Assembly (NCBI GenBank): GCA_963718495.1
Contig: OY970353.1
Coordinates: forward strand, 3,474,988 to 3,538,987
Reading direction: 5' to 3'
Source: an uncultured Solirubrobacterales bacterium
Lineage (GTDB): Bacteria; Actinomycetota; Thermoleophilia; Solirubrobacterales; Thermoleophilaceae
Length of the DNA stretch: 64,000 bases
Shown: one piece after another, positions 41,039 to 50,661 of the stretch
How the letters are laid out: every line of letters begins with the position of its first letter
Numbering within the stretch: the first letter of the stretch is position 1
Program-made: the position numbers and the translations under genes
The notes under the pieces: generated by a model
Seen by the model: the letters and a program-made list of their open reading frames with translations, nothing else
What the model was told of the DNA's origin: nothing
Database searches by the model: none

Positions 41039-41121
41039 TTACGAAACGCGTTCGTTGCGTTTTGTCGTCGGTCGTGCTACCTTCGCCCACCTATTCGATA
41101 CGCAACGGTTTCGTTTCGTAA
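41039..41121. promoter_or_regulatory. pair of 22-nt inverted repeats (TTACGAAACG-N5-GTTGCGT); TetR-operator candidate
   Basis: 41039-41060 reads TTACGAAACGCGTTCGTTGCGT. The reverse complement of 41100-41121 reads TTACGAAACGAAACCGTTGCGT (17 of 22 identical). Confidence 0.4.
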
Positions 41122-41141
41122 CCAGATCGGAGACAGGAGAC

Positions 41142-42680
41142 ATGAAGGCAGAGCACGACAACCCCGACCCCAGGCGCTGGTGGATCCTTGCGATCCTGTC
41201 CCTCAGCCTGCTGGTCATCTCGCTCGACAACACGATCCTCAACGTGGCGTTGCCGAGCATCGAGGAGTCGCTCGGCGCCAGCTCGAGCCAGCTGCAGTGG
41301 ATCGTCGACTCCTACATCCTCGTGTTCGCGGGGCTGCTGCTCACCGCCGGGAGCCTTGGCGACCGGTTCGGGCGCAAGCGCTCGCTGGTACTCGGGCTCG
41401 TTGTGTTCGGCGCCGGGTCCGCCTTGTCGGCGCTCGCGTCGTCATCCAGCGAGCTGATCGCCAGCCGCGCCCTGATGGGCGTCGGCGGTGCGTTCATCAT
41501 GCCGACGACGCTGTCGATCCTGACCCACGTGTTCCCGCCGAGCGAACGGCCGAAGGCGATCGGCATCTGGGCCGCCGTGATGGGCCTCGGCGTGGCCATC
41601 GGCCCGGTGGCCGGCGGCTGGCTCCTCGAGCACTTCGACTGGACCTCCGTGTTCCTCGTGAACCTGCCGATCGTCGTGGTCGGCATCGCGGGCGCGCTGG
41701 CGATCATCCCCGAGTCCCGCAACCCCGAAGAGGCCAAGCTGGACCCGGTCGGCGCGGGTCTCTCGATCGCCGGCCTCGCGGCCGTGGTCTGGGCGATCAT
41801 CGAGGCGCCGGAGCAGGGCTGGACGCACCCGCTCGTTCTCGCGGTCGCCGGCGCCGGCGTGTTGCTCTTGGGGGCTTTCGCGCGCTGGGAGCTGCACAAC
41901 CCTGCACCGATGCTCGACGTACGGCTGTTCCGCAACGGCGCCTTCGCGGGCGCCAGCGCGGCCATCGGCCTGGTCTCGTTCGCCCTGTTCGGGTCGATCT
42001 TCTTCCTGACCCAGTACCTCCAGGGAGTGCTCGGCTACACGGCGCTCGAGGCAGGCATCCGGACGCTGCCCGTCGCCGTGGGCCTCATCCTCGCCGCGCC
42101 GCTGTCGCAGAAGCTCGCGCAGCGGTTCGGCGCACGGCCGGTCGTCACCGCGGGGCTGACCATCGTCGGCGCGGCGCTGGCCACGATGTCGCTGATCGAC
42201 ATCGGCAGCGGCTACGGGCTGGTCGGGCTGTCGATGGCCCTGCTCGGGATCGGCATGGGTGCCACGATGGCTCCGGCCACCGAGTCGATCATGACCGCCC
42301 TCCCGCGGGAGCACGCGGGTGTCGGGTCGGCGATGAACGACACCACGCGGATGGTCGGCGGCTCGTTCGGCGTCGCCATCCTCGGCAGCCTCCTGTCCAG
42401 CGGTTACGGTGACGGCATGGACGCCACGACCGCCGACCTGCCCGCAGGAACCGCAGCGGCGGCATCCGATTCGCTTGGAGCCACCGCGGGCCTCGCGGCC
42501 AAGCTCGGCGGCGAGAGCGGCTCCGCGCTGCTCGATGCCGGCCGTGCGGCGTTCGTCAGCTCGATGGGCGACGTGGTGCTCGTGGCCGCCGGAGTGGCGC
42601 TCGCGGGCGCGGCGATCGCGTTCACGGCAATCCCGGCCGAACGCGCCCGCTCCCTCGGCGCGGAGCCGGCACGCGCGTGA
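41142..42680 (+). CDS. MFS transporter, DHA2 (EmrB/QacA-like, 14-TM) family
   Basis: ATG 41142 preceded by AGGAGA. Motifs LDNTILNVALPSI and GSLGDRFGRKR. Confidence 0.85.
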   Translation: MKAEHDNPDPRRWWILAILSLSLLVISLDNTILNVALPSIEESLGASSSQLQWIVDSYILVFAGLLLTAGSLGDRFGRKRSLVLGLVVFGAGSALSALASSSSELIASRALMGVGGAFIMPTTLSILTHVFPPSERPKAIGIWAAVMGLGVAIGPVAGGWLLEHFDWTSVFLVNLPIVVVGIAGALAIIPESRNPEEAKLDPVGAGLSIAGLAAVVWAIIEAPEQGWTHPLVLAVAGAGVLLLGAFARWELHNPAPMLDVRLFRNGAFAGASAAIGLVSFALFGSIFFLTQYLQGVLGYTALEAGIRTLPVAVGLILAAPLSQKLAQRFGARPVVTAGLTIVGAALATMSLIDIGSGYGLVGLSMALLGIGMGATMAPATESIMTALPREHAGVGSAMNDTTRMVGGSFGVAILGSLLSSGYGDGMDATTADLPAGTAAAASDSLGATAGLAAKLGGESGSALLDAGRAAFVSSMGDVVLVAAGVALAGAAIAFTAIPAERARSLGAEPARA

Positions 42681-43315
42681 GTCCCACCAAGTCGACAAGC
42701 AACACCGCGGCGGGCGCCCAGGAGGCGCCCGCTCGCGGTCCTGGCCGCCCACGCAGCGCCGAGGCGCACGAGCGCATCCTCTGGGCCGCGCTCAGCGAGG
42801 TGGGCGACTCGGGCTACCGCGCGCTCACGATCGAGGCGGTGGCCGCCCGCGCCAAGGTCGGCAAGACGACGATCTATCGCCGCTGGCCGTCGAAGCGCGA
42901 GCTCGTTCAGGACGCCATCCCGTTGATCAGACCGCCCGCAGCGGGCGAGGACCAGGGATCTCTCGACGCCGACTTCGGGACCTGGGTCGCAGCCAGCCGG
43001 GCCAAGCTTGCGGCCAAGGACTACACCCCGCTGACCATCGCCCGGCTACTGGCCGAGGCCATCGACGACGCGGAGCTGCACGCCTTCGTGGTGGAGAACC
43101 TCATCGACCACATCCGGGCCGGACTCGGGACGATCATCGAGCGGGCCGTCGACCGCGGCGAACTCGGTGCCGACCTCGACATCGACTTCGCCATCGACGT
43201 TCTCCACGGGACGGTCGTGTACCGGACCCTGATCTCCGGCGGCGACATCGTGAGCGCCGCCGCCCGCTTCCCGCAGGTCCTCGCACTGCTGAAATCCGCC
43301 TACCCGCCGGGGTAG
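42677..43315 (+). CDS. TetR family transcriptional regulator
   Basis: GTG 42677 overlaps the MFS stop. HTH region ..YRALTIEAVAARAKVGKTTIYRRWPSKRELV. Confidence 0.85.
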   Translation: MSPTKSTSNTAAGAQEAPARGPGRPRSAEAHERILWAALSEVGDSGYRALTIEAVAARAKVGKTTIYRRWPSKRELVQDAIPLIRPPAAGEDQGSLDADFGTWVAASRAKLAAKDYTPLTIARLLAEAIDDAELHAFVVENLIDHIRAGLGTIIERAVDRGELGADLDIDFAIDVLHGTVVYRTLISGGDIVSAAARFPQVLALLKSAYPPG

Positions 43316-43324
43316 GCTCTGCGG

Positions 43325-44350
43325 ATGCGCATCGGCCTCTATCTCGCCTACTGGCCCTGGTTCTCTCCCGAAGAGACGATCGAACTCGCGAAGCTCGGCG
43401 ACGAGGAGGGGCTCGACTCCGTCTGGGTCGCCGAGGCGTGGGGGCAGGACACGGTGTCGGTGCTCGGCCACCTCAGCGCCGTGACAGACCAGATCGGCCT
43501 CGGCTCCGGGATCATGCAGATCCCGGCGCGCAGCCCCGCGATGACGGCGATGTCGGCCGCGACGCTGGACACCCTCTCGGGCGGCCGCTTCCGGCTCGGG
43601 CTCGGCGTGTCCGGTCCGCAGGTGTCCGAGGGCTGGCACGGCACCTCCTTCAAGCGCCCGCTGGCGCGCACGCGCGAGTACGTCGAGATCATCCGCGCGG
43701 CGCTCGCGCGCGACGGCGCCCTCGAGTACCACGGCGAGGAGTTCCAGCTGCCCGTTGAGGGCGGAACCGGCCTCGGCAAGCCGCTGAAGCTGCTGATCAA
43801 ACCGCCCCGCCCGGACATCCCCGTCTACCTCGGCGCGCTCGGGCCGAAGGCGATCGAGCAGGTCGGCGAGATCGCCGACGGCTGGCTCCCCTTCCTGTTC
43901 AACCCGGAAACGGCCGGCGACCTGATGGAGGCGATCGGCAAAGGCGGCCGTCGCGACGAGATCGATGTGGCGCCGGTCGTGCTGCTGTGCGTCGACGACG
44001 ACGTGGACAAGGCGCGCGACATGGCCCGCCCGTGGCTCACGATCTACCTCGGCGGGATGGGCGCGAAGGGGAAGAACTTCTACGTCGAGGCGGCCGAGCG
44101 GTGGGGCCAGGGTGACGCGGCCCGCGAGGTCCAGCAGCTGTTCGGGGCGGGTGACCGGATGGGCGCGGCTGCTGCCATCACACCGGAGCTCATCGACGCC
44201 TGCGCGATCTGCTGCCCCGCAGCCGAGATCGACTCCCGCATCGCCGCCTTCGAGCGCGCCGGGGCGGACACGCTGCTCTGCATGCCGATGGGCGACCGCC
44301 CCGCGATCGTGCGTGCGCTCGCCTCCGCCGCGCGCGGCGCGGCCGCGTGA
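43325..44350 (+). CDS. LLM-class (luciferase-like) F420-dependent oxidoreductase
   Basis: ..LDSVWVAEAWGQD.., GRFRLGLGVSGPQVSEGWHG; typical LLM TIM barrel. Confidence 0.8.
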   Translation: MRIGLYLAYWPWFSPEETIELAKLGDEEGLDSVWVAEAWGQDTVSVLGHLSAVTDQIGLGSGIMQIPARSPAMTAMSAATLDTLSGGRFRLGLGVSGPQVSEGWHGTSFKRPLARTREYVEIIRAALARDGALEYHGEEFQLPVEGGTGLGKPLKLLIKPPRPDIPVYLGALGPKAIEQVGEIADGWLPFLFNPETAGDLMEAIGKGGRRDEIDVAPVVLLCVDDDVDKARDMARPWLTIYLGGMGAKGKNFYVEAAERWGQGDAAREVQQLFGAGDRMGAAAAITPELIDACAICCPAAEIDSRIAAFERAGADTLLCMPMGDRPAIVRALASAARGAAA

Positions 44351-45663
44351 GCGACCCCGCCGACGCCCGCCCGGCGGGGATCGAGGGCTCCGAGCTCAAG
44401 GGGCCGTTCGCCGTCGGCGACTACGCCGAGGCCCTGCGCGGCCAGCTGCGCGGCCTCGCGCGCGTCCAGGTCTTCGGCGAGGTGTCGAACCTCGGCGTCC
44501 GCACCAAGGCCGTGTACTTCGAGCTGCGCGACACGCGCGGCGCGCTCCCCTGCGCGATGTGGCGCTCGGACTACGACCGCGCGGACGTGCCGCTCGCGAA
44601 CGGCGCCCAGGTGGTGCTCGCCGGCGGCTGCGACTACTACCCCGGCAGCGCCACCTCGTCGCCGTCGTTCTCCTTCCGGGCCACGGCACTGCGGGTCGCG
44701 GGCGAAGGCGAGCTGCTGGCCCAGATCGAGCGGCTGCGCAGGCGCCTCGCGGCGGACGGCCTGGCCGGCGAGGGCCGCCCGCAGCAACACCTCCCCCTCC
44801 CCGCGCTGCCGCGCTCGATCGGCGTGGTCACCGGCGAGTCCGGCAAGGCGCGCGACGACGTGCTCGCCGGCCTCCGCCGCCGCGGCTGGGCGGGCCGGCT
44901 CGTGTGGGGGTTTGCGCCCGTCCAGGACCGCCGCGCCGCCCCGGCGATCGCGCGGGCGCTGACCGATCTGGCCGCACTCGCCGAGGTCGACGCGATAGTC
45001 GTGGCCCGCGGCGGCGGCTCCGTTATGGACCTGATGGCCTTCTCAGACGAGACGCTGTGCCGGACGGTCGCGCTGCTCGGCGTGCCGGTCATCGCCTCGG
45101 TCGGCCACCACACCGATCGCACGCTGATCGACGACGTCGCGGCCGTGTCGGCGTCGACCCCGACCCATGCCGCGGAGGCAGCGGTGCGGATCGACGTGGT
45201 CGCGGCGCGGGAGGGGATGGCCCGCTCCGCGCGGCACCTGCAGGTGTGCGGCAACCGCGCCGTGATCGACCGCGCCCGGCGGCTGGCGGCCCTCGCCCGT
45301 GCCCCGGCGGAGCACATCGCGCGCCATCGCGCCCGGCTCCATCAGATGACGCGCGAGCTCCGCGCCGCCGGCGCGCGCCGCACCACGGAGCTCACCGCGC
45401 AAACGCGGACCCGCGCGCTGGTGCTCGGCCGCAAGGCCGGCGCCGCGGCAGGGCCCGACCTCCGGCGCCGGGTGCTCGAGCTGGAGCGCCTGCGGCTCGC
45501 GCTCGAGGCGAACGACCCGGAGCGCACGCTCGAGCGCGGCTATGCGCTGGTCGAGACGCCGGAGGGGGAGGTCGTCACCAGCGCCGGCGCCGCCCGCCGG
45601 GCAGGCCGCGTGTCGGTTCGCTTCCACGACGACAGCGTGGCTGCGAGGATCGAGGACGAATGA
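44347..45663 (+). CDS. xseA: exodeoxyribonuclease VII large subunit
   Basis: N-terminal OB fold, IGVVTGESGKARDD, and a long C-terminal helical region. GTG overlaps the upstream stop. Confidence 0.85.
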   Translation: MSDPADARPAGIEGSELKGPFAVGDYAEALRGQLRGLARVQVFGEVSNLGVRTKAVYFELRDTRGALPCAMWRSDYDRADVPLANGAQVVLAGGCDYYPGSATSSPSFSFRATALRVAGEGELLAQIERLRRRLAADGLAGEGRPQQHLPLPALPRSIGVVTGESGKARDDVLAGLRRRGWAGRLVWGFAPVQDRRAAPAIARALTDLAALAEVDAIVVARGGGSVMDLMAFSDETLCRTVALLGVPVIASVGHHTDRTLIDDVAAVSASTPTHAAEAAVRIDVVAAREGMARSARHLQVCGNRAVIDRARRLAALARAPAEHIARHRARLHQMTRELRAAGARRTTELTAQTRTRALVLGRKAGAAAGPDLRRRVLELERLRLALEANDPERTLERGYALVETPEGEVVTSAGAARRAGRVSVRFHDDSVAARIEDE

Positions 45664-45905
45664 CCGGCGAGATCCCCCAGCCCGCGCACGAGCCCCAGTC
45701 CTACGAGGCGGCTGCGGCGCGGCTCGAGGAGATCATCAAGCGGCTCGACTCGGGCGAGGCCGGGCTGCGCGAGACGCTCGACCTCGTGAAGGAGGGCCGC
45801 ACGCTCGTCGACTGGTGCGCGAACGAGCTCGAGGCTGTCGGCAAGGGACTCGAGGAGCTCAACCTCGACGCGCTCGTGAAGCGCCTCGAGGGCGCTTCCG
45901 AATAG
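45660..45905 (+). CDS. xseB: exodeoxyribonuclease VII small subunit
   Basis: ATG 45660 overlaps the xseA TGA (ATGA). SYEAAAARLEEIIKRLDSGEAGLRETLDLVKEG. Confidence 0.8.
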   Translation: MTGEIPQPAHEPQSYEAAAARLEEIIKRLDSGEAGLRETLDLVKEGRTLVDWCANELEAVGKGLEELNLDALVKRLEGASE

Positions 45906-45920
45906 GCTCCCCGGCCGCAT

Positions 45921-46733
45921 ATGCACGAACTACTCGGAATAGTCGGCTCCGGCGCGATCGCCACTGGCCTCGGCAAGGTGGCGGGAGGGCTCGGCGACGC
46001 CGTCCTCTGGGCCCGCAGCGAAGCATCGGCGGAGCGCGCCCGCGCGCAGCTCGACGGAGCCTGCGCGGTCGTCACCGACCTCGAGGCGCTGGCCGACCGC
46101 ACCATCGTCGTCGAGTGCGTCGCCGAGGATCTCGCCGTCAAGAGCGACGTCCTCGGCCGCCTCAACGGGATCCTGCCGGCCGAGACGCTGGTCGGGACCA
46201 CCACCTCGTCGCTCTCGGTCGACGCTCTGGCCGAGGCCTCCGGCCGCCCCGAGCACTTCGCGGCCTTCCACGTGTTCAACCCGGTCGACCGGATGGACCT
46301 GATCGAGCTGGCGTTCCCCCCGGCCGCGCAGCCGGAGACCCACACCCGCTTCCGCGAGCTGTGCGACGCGCTCGGCAAGACCGGCGTCGAGGTGCCGGAC
46401 AAGGCCGGGTTCGTGGTGAACCGGCTGCTGTTCCCGTACCTCTTCGATGCTGTCGGCTTCATGGTCGAGAACGACCTCCCGCCCCAGGACGTCGACACGT
46501 GCATGAAGCTCGGTTGCGCGCATCCGATGGGACCGATCGCGCTGCTCGACTTCATCGGCCTCGACGTGGCAGCGGCGATCGCCGACTCGATCGGCCTCGA
46601 CGTGCCGCCCGCGGTCAGCGATCTGATCGCGGAGGGCAGCCTCGGCCGCAAGGTCGGGCAGGGCTTCTTCGCCTGGGAGGCGGGCAGCTCGCGCCCGATC
46701 ATCCAGGCGATCAGCCTGCCGAAGAACGCCTAG
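45921..46733 (+). CDS. 3-hydroxyacyl-CoA (3-hydroxybutyryl-CoA) dehydrogenase family protein
   Basis: GIVGSGAIATG Rossmann motif, ..FHVFNPV.., GFVVNRLLFPY. Confidence 0.8.
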   Translation: MHELLGIVGSGAIATGLGKVAGGLGDAVLWARSEASAERARAQLDGACAVVTDLEALADRTIVVECVAEDLAVKSDVLGRLNGILPAETLVGTTTSSLSVDALAEASGRPEHFAAFHVFNPVDRMDLIELAFPPAAQPETHTRFRELCDALGKTGVEVPDKAGFVVNRLLFPYLFDAVGFMVENDLPPQDVDTCMKLGCAHPMGPIALLDFIGLDVAAAIADSIGLDVPPAVSDLIAEGSLGRKVGQGFFAWEAGSSRPIIQAISLPKNA

Positions 46734-46745
46734 CTTCGCTGGGCG

Positions 46746-47627
46746 CTACGGAACGGCAAGCAGCGCCGCCTGGGCCATCGGCGGGTCGTTGGTGATCACC
46801 GCGTCGGCGCCCTGCAGGTAAGCCGTCTGCACGCTCCCGGCCTGATCGAGCGTATACGGCACGACCTTCTGGCCGAGTAGGTTGGCGAGCAGCATCGTGG
46901 TGGGCAGCGCGAACGGCCAGGCGGGCGAGACCCACTTGGCGCTGAACAGCAGCGCACCGACCGGGCCGACCAGCTCGAGCTCCTTCTGGGTCAGCAGCGA
47001 GCGGGCCGCGCCCGGCATGCGCTGGGCCGCGGTCGAGAGGTTCGTCGGCCAGAAACTCTGGATGATGACCTTCGACGGGGCGATCCCGCTTGCGAGCACC
47101 ACGTCCATCACCCGGTTGGCGTAGTTGGGGGAAACGTCGAAGTCGCCGTCGGTCGGCAGGTTCTTGATCTCGAGGTTGATCGGCGAACCGGTCGCGACCG
47201 CGAGCGCGAGCACCTGGGCCAGCGTCGGGACGGGCTCGGTCGGCGAGGCGATCGGCGCGCTCGCGACGGTCCCGGCCAGCCCGTTCACATCGAGGCGGCA
47301 GTTGGCGGCGAGGTCGGCGGCGCTGCGCGCGCGCACGGCCCCGGAGCAGTTCGTGGTGCGGTCGAGCGTGTCGTCGTGGATGACGACGGGCAGGCCGTCG
47401 CTCGTGATCTTCACGTCGAGCTCGAGCGTGTAGTGGCCGGCGGCGGCATGCGCGAACGCCGGCAGCGAGTTCTCCGGGTAGGCCGGCGCGCCGTTCACCA
47501 ATGGGCCGCCGCGGTGGGCGTGGACGTACGCCGGATCGACGATCACGGCCGATGCCGGGGCAGCGCAGACGAGCACCACGGCGACAGCCATCAGTACGAC
47601 GAGACGCGTCCTCCCAGCGCGAGCCAT
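46746..47627 (-). CDS. secreted glycerophosphodiester phosphodiesterase
   Basis: Signal peptide. Motifs AHRGG..ENSLPAF and LELDVKITSDGLPVVIHD. Confidence 0.8.
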   Translation of the reverse strand: MARAGRTRLVVLMAVAVVLVCAAPASAVIVDPAYVHAHRGGPLVNGAPAYPENSLPAFAHAAAGHYTLELDVKITSDGLPVVIHDDTLDRTTNCSGAVRARSAADLAANCRLDVNGLAGTVASAPIASPTEPVPTLAQVLALAVATGSPINLEIKNLPTDGDFDVSPNYANRVMDVVLASGIAPSKVIIQSFWPTNLSTAAQRMPGAARSLLTQKELELVGPVGALLFSAKWVSPAWPFALPTTMLLANLLGQKVVPYTLDQAGSVQTAYLQGADAVITNDPPMAQAALLAVP

Positions 47628-47664
47628 CGCGCCATCCTACCTTCACATGGCGTTTACGCCAGTG

Positions 47665-47919
47665 TCACGCGGCCGCGGGCGGCTGCCGGACCGGCATGCC
47701 GGACGCCAGATCCCACACCACGTCCGCCTCGCCGCAGCCCTGGACACGCGCAAGCTGCGTCACTCGCTCCCACGGGAGCTCGGCGTCAGGCAGGTCGTCC
47801 CAGCGGCCGTAGTCGAGTGCCTCCAGTGCACCGGCCAGCGACGGGCCGAGCGCACCCTGCGCCCGGATCAACGCCCGGACCGAGTCGCGCTGCGCGTCGG
47901 TGAGCTTGATGCTCCACAT
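47665..47919 (-). CDS. hypothetical small protein
   Basis: 84-aa ORF with GGAGG about 8 nt upstream of the ATG. No recognisable family. Confidence 0.45.
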   Translation of the reverse strand: MWSIKLTDAQRDSVRALIRAQGALGPSLAGALEALDYGRWDDLPDAELPWERVTQLARVQGCGEADVVWDLASGMPVRQPPAAA

Positions 47920-47989
47920 CGGGCAAGACCTCCTCGCGTTGGAACTTGCCGATCGAAGCTACGCGCGCCTGCGGACGGAAATCGCGTGC

Positions 47990-49345
47990 CTAGGCGCCTT
48001 CTGAGGCCTCGCGGACCTCCCCCGGGTCGGCTACCTCGGGGGCACCGTTCCCGTGGTCTCGGATCCGGACCGCCTCGATACGGTTCTCGCGCACCGACTC
48101 GACGCGCAGCGAATAACCGTCCGCGCGCACCATGTCGCCCCGCTTCGGCAGCCGGCCGAGCTCGCCGAACACGAAGCCGCCGACAGAGTTGTAGGCGTCG
48201 GATTCGACCGGGATCTTGATCCCATAGTCCTCGAGGTCGGTGATCGGGACGTGGCCCCGCACCCACCAGTCGCCGTTCGCCAGCTGGCGCACTCCGGCGA
48301 CGGCCGGGTCGGTCTCGTCGGCGATCTCCCCGACCACCTCCTCGACGATGTCCTCGATCGACACGATGCCGGCGGTGCGCCCGTACTCATCGACGACGAC
48401 GGCGAGCGACGCGCGCTCGCGCTGCAGGTCGGCGAGCAGGTCGTCGAGCGGCTTCGTCTCCGGCACGATCAGCGCGTCCTTGACGCTCCCCGCGATCGAT
48501 GCGTCCGGCCCCTCGTTGAGGACGCGCCGTGCGAGGGAGTTGTTGTGGACGATGCCGCGGATCCGGTCGGTGTTGCCCTCCTCCGTCACCACGAGGCGCG
48601 TGTGGCCCGAGTCGATCGCCTTGCGCAGCGCGGTCTCGGCCGTCTCGGACACGTCCACCGTGACGACGGCGGGAATCGGCGTCATCACCTGGCGCGCCTC
48701 CTGCTCGTGGAGGTGGAAGACCCCGGAGAGCATCCCCGCCTCGCCCTCATCGAGCTTCCCGCCGCCGGCGCTCCTGGCGATGATCATCTTGAGATCGTCG
48801 GATGACGAGACGTCCTCGAGTTCGGCCTCCGGATTCACACCGAGCGCCCGGAGCATCCAGTTCGACACGCTGTTGAGCGCCCAGATGAAGGGCTTGAAGG
48901 TCACCCGAAAGCCCTGCAGCGGCCGCGCCGCGCGCCGGGCAACCGGTTCGGGGTGCGTGATCGCGTAGATCTTCGGGACCTGCTCCCCGACGGTGATGTG
49001 CGCCGTGGTGACCAGGAGGTAGGCGATCGCGAACGAGATCGCGACGGCGGTGCCGTGGCCGACGACGTCCCCGAGCGGCTCCTCGAGGAGGCTCGCGATC
49101 GCCGGCTCGCCGAGGAAGCCGATACCGATTGAGGCCATCGTGATCCCGAGCTGGCAGGCCGAGAGGTATTCGTTGATCTCGTCGATCTGCTTCGCGGCCA
49201 GTGCCGCGCCACGCTCGCCCTCCTCGGCCATCTGGTCGACCTTCGACGAGCGTGCGCGGACGAGGGCGAACTCGGCTGCGACGAAGAAGCCGTTGGCCAG
49301 GACCAGGACGACCAGGCCGAGCAGGAACAGGAGTTCGGTCGTCAT
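47990..49345 (-). CDS. hemolysin/CNNM family protein (DUF21-CBS-CorC_HlyC)
   Basis: N-terminal 4-TM DUF21, a CBS pair, and a C-terminal CorC_HlyC domain (..GGFVFGELGRLPKRGD..). Confidence 0.85.
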   Translation of the reverse strand: MTTELLFLLGLVVLVLANGFFVAAEFALVRARSSKVDQMAEEGERGAALAAKQIDEINEYLSACQLGITMASIGIGFLGEPAIASLLEEPLGDVVGHGTAVAISFAIAYLLVTTAHITVGEQVPKIYAITHPEPVARRAARPLQGFRVTFKPFIWALNSVSNWMLRALGVNPEAELEDVSSSDDLKMIIARSAGGGKLDEGEAGMLSGVFHLHEQEARQVMTPIPAVVTVDVSETAETALRKAIDSGHTRLVVTEEGNTDRIRGIVHNNSLARRVLNEGPDASIAGSVKDALIVPETKPLDDLLADLQRERASLAVVVDEYGRTAGIVSIEDIVEEVVGEIADETDPAVAGVRQLANGDWWVRGHVPITDLEDYGIKIPVESDAYNSVGGFVFGELGRLPKRGDMVRADGYSLRVESVRENRIEAVRIRDHGNGAPEVADPGEVREASEGA

Positions 49346-49442
49346 CGAGCGCCGGCGGTCACGTGCGCCGGGGTGCGGTCGGGCCTACTTCGAGGAGGTT
49401 CGTCGTCGCTCATCAGAGGACGCAGCCAAGCTACCAGAGGGC

Positions 49443-49724
49443 TCAGCCGACCTGAGCGTCGATCTTGCCCGCGAGCTCGAAGTCGGCGGCCGTCAGCCCA
49501 CCCGCCGAATGGCTGGTGATCGTCACCCCGACCGTCGCCCACGAGATCGAGAGGTCGGGGTGATGCCCCATGTCCTCGGCGATCGGCGTGATCTCGTTGA
49601 CGAACGCGACCGAGCCGGCGAAGTCGCCGCGGTCGAAGTCCTTCTTGATGGCGGAGCCGTCGAGCGCCCAGCCGTCCAGATCCGCCAGGCGGCGGTCGAT
49701 CTCCTCCTGCTCGAGAAGTGCCAT
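49443..49724 (-). CDS. pterin-4-alpha-carbinolamine dehydratase
   Basis: Start ATG 49724. ..F.GSVAFVNEITPIAEDMGHHPDLSISW..V..T..SH. Confidence 0.8.
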   Translation of the reverse strand: MALLEQEEIDRRLADLDGWALDGSAIKKDFDRGDFAGSVAFVNEITPIAEDMGHHPDLSISWATVGVTITSHSAGGLTAADFELAGKIDAQVG

Positions 49725-49740
49725 GCTCAGGAGTCTAGGC

Positions 49741-50655
49741 ATGCGTATCGTCTCGCTGGTCCCATCGTCGACGGAGCTCCTCTTCGCCCTCGGGCTGGGC
49801 GACGCGGTCGTCGCCGTCACCCACGAGTGCGATCACCCGCCCGGCGTGATGGAACGGCTCCCCCATCTCACGCGGAGCGTGATCGGTGAAGGCCTCTCCG
49901 CGCCCGAGATCGACGCGGCCGTGCGGGCCCGGACCTCCGCGGGTCGTGCGCTCTACGAGCTCGACGAGCCGAAGCTCGCGGAGCTGGCCCCCGACCTGAT
50001 CGTGACCCAGGCGGTGTGCGAGGTCTGCGCCGTGTCGTACGACGACGTGGTCGCCGCCGCCGGGCGCCTGGAGACCCGGCCCCAGGTGCTCTCGCTCGAT
50101 CCCGCCAGCCTCGGCGAGGTGCTCGCCGACATCCCCCGGCTGGCCGCGGCCGCCGGGGCCGAGGAGGCCGGCCGCGAGCTGTCGGCGGATGCGGGCCGGC
50201 GCATCGAGGCCGTGGCCGACGCCGTTGCCGGAGCGGACCGGCCGCGGGTGGCCGCCATCGAGTGGCTCGACCCCGTCTTCATCGGTGGGCACTGGGTGCC
50301 GCAGATGATCGAGATCGCGGGCGGCACCGACCTGCTCGGCCTCCCGGGCGAGAAGTCGCGCACCGCCGGCTGGGAGGATGTGGCCGCGCTCGAGCCCGAG
50401 ATCGTCGTGTCGATGCCGTGCGGCTACGCGACCGAACAGGCCGCGAGCGAGACGGCCGCCGCCCATGGCGCTCTCGCACCGCTCGGCGCGCGCGTGGTCG
50501 CCGTCGATGCATCTGCCTACTTCTCGCGTCCCGGGCCGCGCCTCGTCGACGGCATCGAGCTGCTCGGGCACCTGTTCCACCCGGATCGCGTGCCGGCGCC
50601 CCCGCCGGGCCGGTTCGCCGAGATCGACACGCGTCCGCCCGCCGCGATTGGATAG
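49741..50655 (+). CDS. BtuF/TroA-like periplasmic-binding-fold protein without a signal peptide
   Basis: ATG 49741. MRIVSLVPSSTELLFALGLGDAVVAVTHECDHP.. is a cluster-A/type-8 binding-protein style. No N-terminal hydrophobic or lipobox segment. Confidence 0.7.
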   Translation: MRIVSLVPSSTELLFALGLGDAVVAVTHECDHPPGVMERLPHLTRSVIGEGLSAPEIDAAVRARTSAGRALYELDEPKLAELAPDLIVTQAVCEVCAVSYDDVVAAAGRLETRPQVLSLDPASLGEVLADIPRLAAAAGAEEAGRELSADAGRRIEAVADAVAGADRPRVAAIEWLDPVFIGGHWVPQMIEIAGGTDLLGLPGEKSRTAGWEDVAALEPEIVVSMPCGYATEQAASETAAAHGALAPLGARVVAVDASAYFSRPGPRLVDGIELLGHLFHPDRVPAPPPGRFAEIDTRPPAAIG

Positions 50656-50661
50656 CCGCGA

